From Ginglymostoma cirratum (lineage: Eukaryota), in assembly GCA_024137785.1 (NCBI GenBank), contig JAHRHZ010000009.1, positions 23,718,601 to 23,782,600 on the forward strand: a DNA stretch of 64,000 nt, read 5' to 3'. Made by a program: the position numbers and the translations under genes. Below the pieces are notes generated by a model, which saw only the letters and a program-made list of their open reading frames with translations, was not told the origin of the DNA and did no database searches. Positions 61,796-64,000 of the stretch are shown here, piece by piece. Position 1 is the first letter of the stretch. Each line of letters begins with the position of its first letter.

Positions 61796-62909
61796 GGTTG
61801 CAATGTAAGATGAAATTCAATGATCTCACAAGACTTTCCAAGACAAGAGCCTTATTTCACCTTAATTACTCTCTTCTCCACTTGCAGTAGTTGCAACTAC
61901 GTTACTCACAATGCTCACTTCCCAGATTTCCATTAATTATCAGTGTAGCAGTCTCCTGGCTGCTAAAACACAATTGCCAACTTGGCCAAACAGCAAGGGT
62001 TGCTGGGTACATTGGCCAAGTGTAACTCTGAAAGCACAAAACCCACACACCAGACACAATGCAAACATAGCAGCCAGGTGCTAACTGCATTAACATAATG
62101 TAAGAGGCAACAGTTAGTCTGCACAGACACCCCCAACAATTTATCCATTAAACAAAGAGCAGCCCAGACAGAAAGGCACCAGTCCTGCTACAGAAAGACA
62201 CTTGACAGCAGCATGCCATCAAAATGATTGATTCCTGTTTCAAACTATTAAGTGTATCTCCCTGATTGGTCAGAACTACAGAAAGTTCCAGAAGACCATC
62301 TAAAAGGTATAAAAACAGAGTTCACCTGCAGACCTCTCTCTTGGTACAGCTCTTGGAATCATCTGAGGTCTTCTGTGGAGACCAGCATGACAAGGGGCAG
62401 AGACCAGTTGACAATTCAGGGAGAGAGAAGGAGAAAGCAGCTTTGTCGACCCAGAGACAGAGCCACAGAAAGATCAACTGTGTAAATTTACAAGAAATTC
62501 AATAAGTATTGTAACCGCAAACGGCTAAATAGGATTAGGGACAGTCTGTTTAGTATTAAAAATTATTGTAATTTTGTTCCTAGTAAAGTAGGAATGTTTT
62601 GCTTCGGTACTGGCTTGTGTTCATATTGATATGGTTGCTTTGATATTGTGGGACACCTGGGCAAATTCATTCATAACATTCTGATCAGAGTTGCCTGCAA
62701 ATTGTTCAAAGAGGAACTAGACAACATCAGTGTAACACACAATTAGTTTAACTCATTCTCCTCCGACTTTGACTATCTACCTTTCTATTCTTGTCATCAT
62801 TGCAGGTCACACTTTTCCAAATCTTACACATCTCACATCTTCCATTCACCATATAACTTATTCAACTCTCAGGCACATTCTCAAAGCACCTGTGAATCAT
62901 TAAAGCTAA

Positions 62910-63090
62910 GTTTTCTTGCCATTTACTCATTCCTGCTCGTGAGACCTTGCTATGCAAAAATCAACAGTGACATTTTCTATTTTACAGAAGTGATAACACA
63001 TCAAAAAGTACTTCATTAGCTGCAAAATACTTCAGAATGTCCTGAGATTCTGAAAGGCACTATATTAAACAGAAGATCATTTTCCTTTCT
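62910..63090 (+). mobile_element. DeuSINE-like 3' portion
   Basis: AAAAGTACTTCATTAGCTGCAAAATACTTCAGAATGTCCTGAGATTCTGAAAGGCACTATATTAAA. Confidence 0.6.
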
Positions 63091-63104
63091 TTTACCAGTC
63101 TTTA

Positions 63105-63560
63105 TTCTTTCTTACTCATTCATTGGTCGTAAGCATCATTGACATATCCAGAATTTGTTGTCCCTCCTTAATTGACCTTGCAAAACTAGTGATGGGACGC
63201 TTTCTTGAATCACTACAGTCCACGTGGTGCAGATAACAGTGCAGAACAATGGGGAGGTGAGGTCCAGGACATTTTTTTTGACTCAATGACAGTGAAGGAA
63301 TGAAAATACAATTCCAAAGAAGGCTGATATCTGGTTTGGAGCAGAAGCCACAGGTCTTCATGTGCCTTCTGCACATATTTTATAAGATGGTAAAAGTCCT
63401 GGATGGAATATTGTAAAAAACATGATAGGAAAAGAAACTAGCCAAATTGAACTAGTTGCAATATTACACACCCTTCTTTCTTGCTGGAGAAAACATGCCA
63501 GCAAGTTAGACCAAAGAATTTCAATCCAATCTAATACTAGTGCCACTTATGTAGGATGAT
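63105..63560 (-). mobile_element. LINE 3' end remnant (shared-tail family)
   Basis: TCATTCATTGG...CATTGAC...TTTGTTGTCCCTCCTTAATTGACCTTG...CTTTCTTGAATCACTACAGTCC, the reverse complement of the tail seen at 2415-2790. Confidence 0.6.
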
Positions 63561-64000
63561 TCAAAGGGAATGTTTCCCTGAATGTTGTTCCATCATTTTA
63601 TTTATAAAGATTATATGTTGGCTGCACTCTAAGACATACGAGCTGGTGGACAATAACCGAAGAAAGCAATATATCAGTGTTCACTTATCACAGGAATTGG
63701 GGTAAATTTAATAGAATTAATTTACCAAGTAAGCTTGCAATGCAATCAAAGTGGAATTGGCATTTTTAAAAGAAGGGTAAAATATTCCAAAGTGGGCATT
63801 GGTGGAAAGTTGGGAGAATTGTGTGAGACAGACAGTATGGGGATGCCTGAGCAAAAGGTTTTATTTTCTAACCAAGTGTTGAAATGCAAGGCAAGATATA
63901 GTAGTGGTTGATAGCACCATCATCACCATGAATAATACTTGGTGGGATGTAAATCCAGCATTCTAATCAATCCTATTGGATCTCCACCAAGGGAATTGGT

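Noticed and set aside
1-64000. Prokaryotic or viral system such as an operon, defence island or endogenous virus
   Set aside because: Coding density is very low; the only recognisable proteins are one spliced vertebrate exon and decayed retroelement fragments.

Overview
This is eukaryotic vertebrate genomic DNA, most likely a cartilaginous fish (shark), inferred from its repeat families. The only host protein-coding sequence is the first coding exon of a dachshund homolog 1 (DACH1) gene on the minus strand (ATG at 34324, GT donor after 33792). Bases 1-33791 are therefore its very long first intron, and bases above about 34.9 kb are upstream gene desert. I see no transposon between about 22.0 and 39.7 kb; that block retains CpG and holds several candidate conserved enhancers. 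The flanks are full of decayed CR1, L2 and RTE LINEs, tRNA-derived SINEs, a solo LTR with a TSD, a TA-flanked MITE, a 28-bp minisatellite with an assembly gap, and Penelope-like elements. The most notable non-obvious signal is a recurring minimal hammerhead ribozyme motif (CUGANGA-stem-GAAAC-GUH) at the ends of the Penelope-like elements, in two subfamilies and often in inverted arrangements. That class of motif is known from Penelope-like elements, so I do not claim a wholly new system. Nearly all other ORFs in the track are transposon remnants or noise. Repeat boundaries were estimated by eye.
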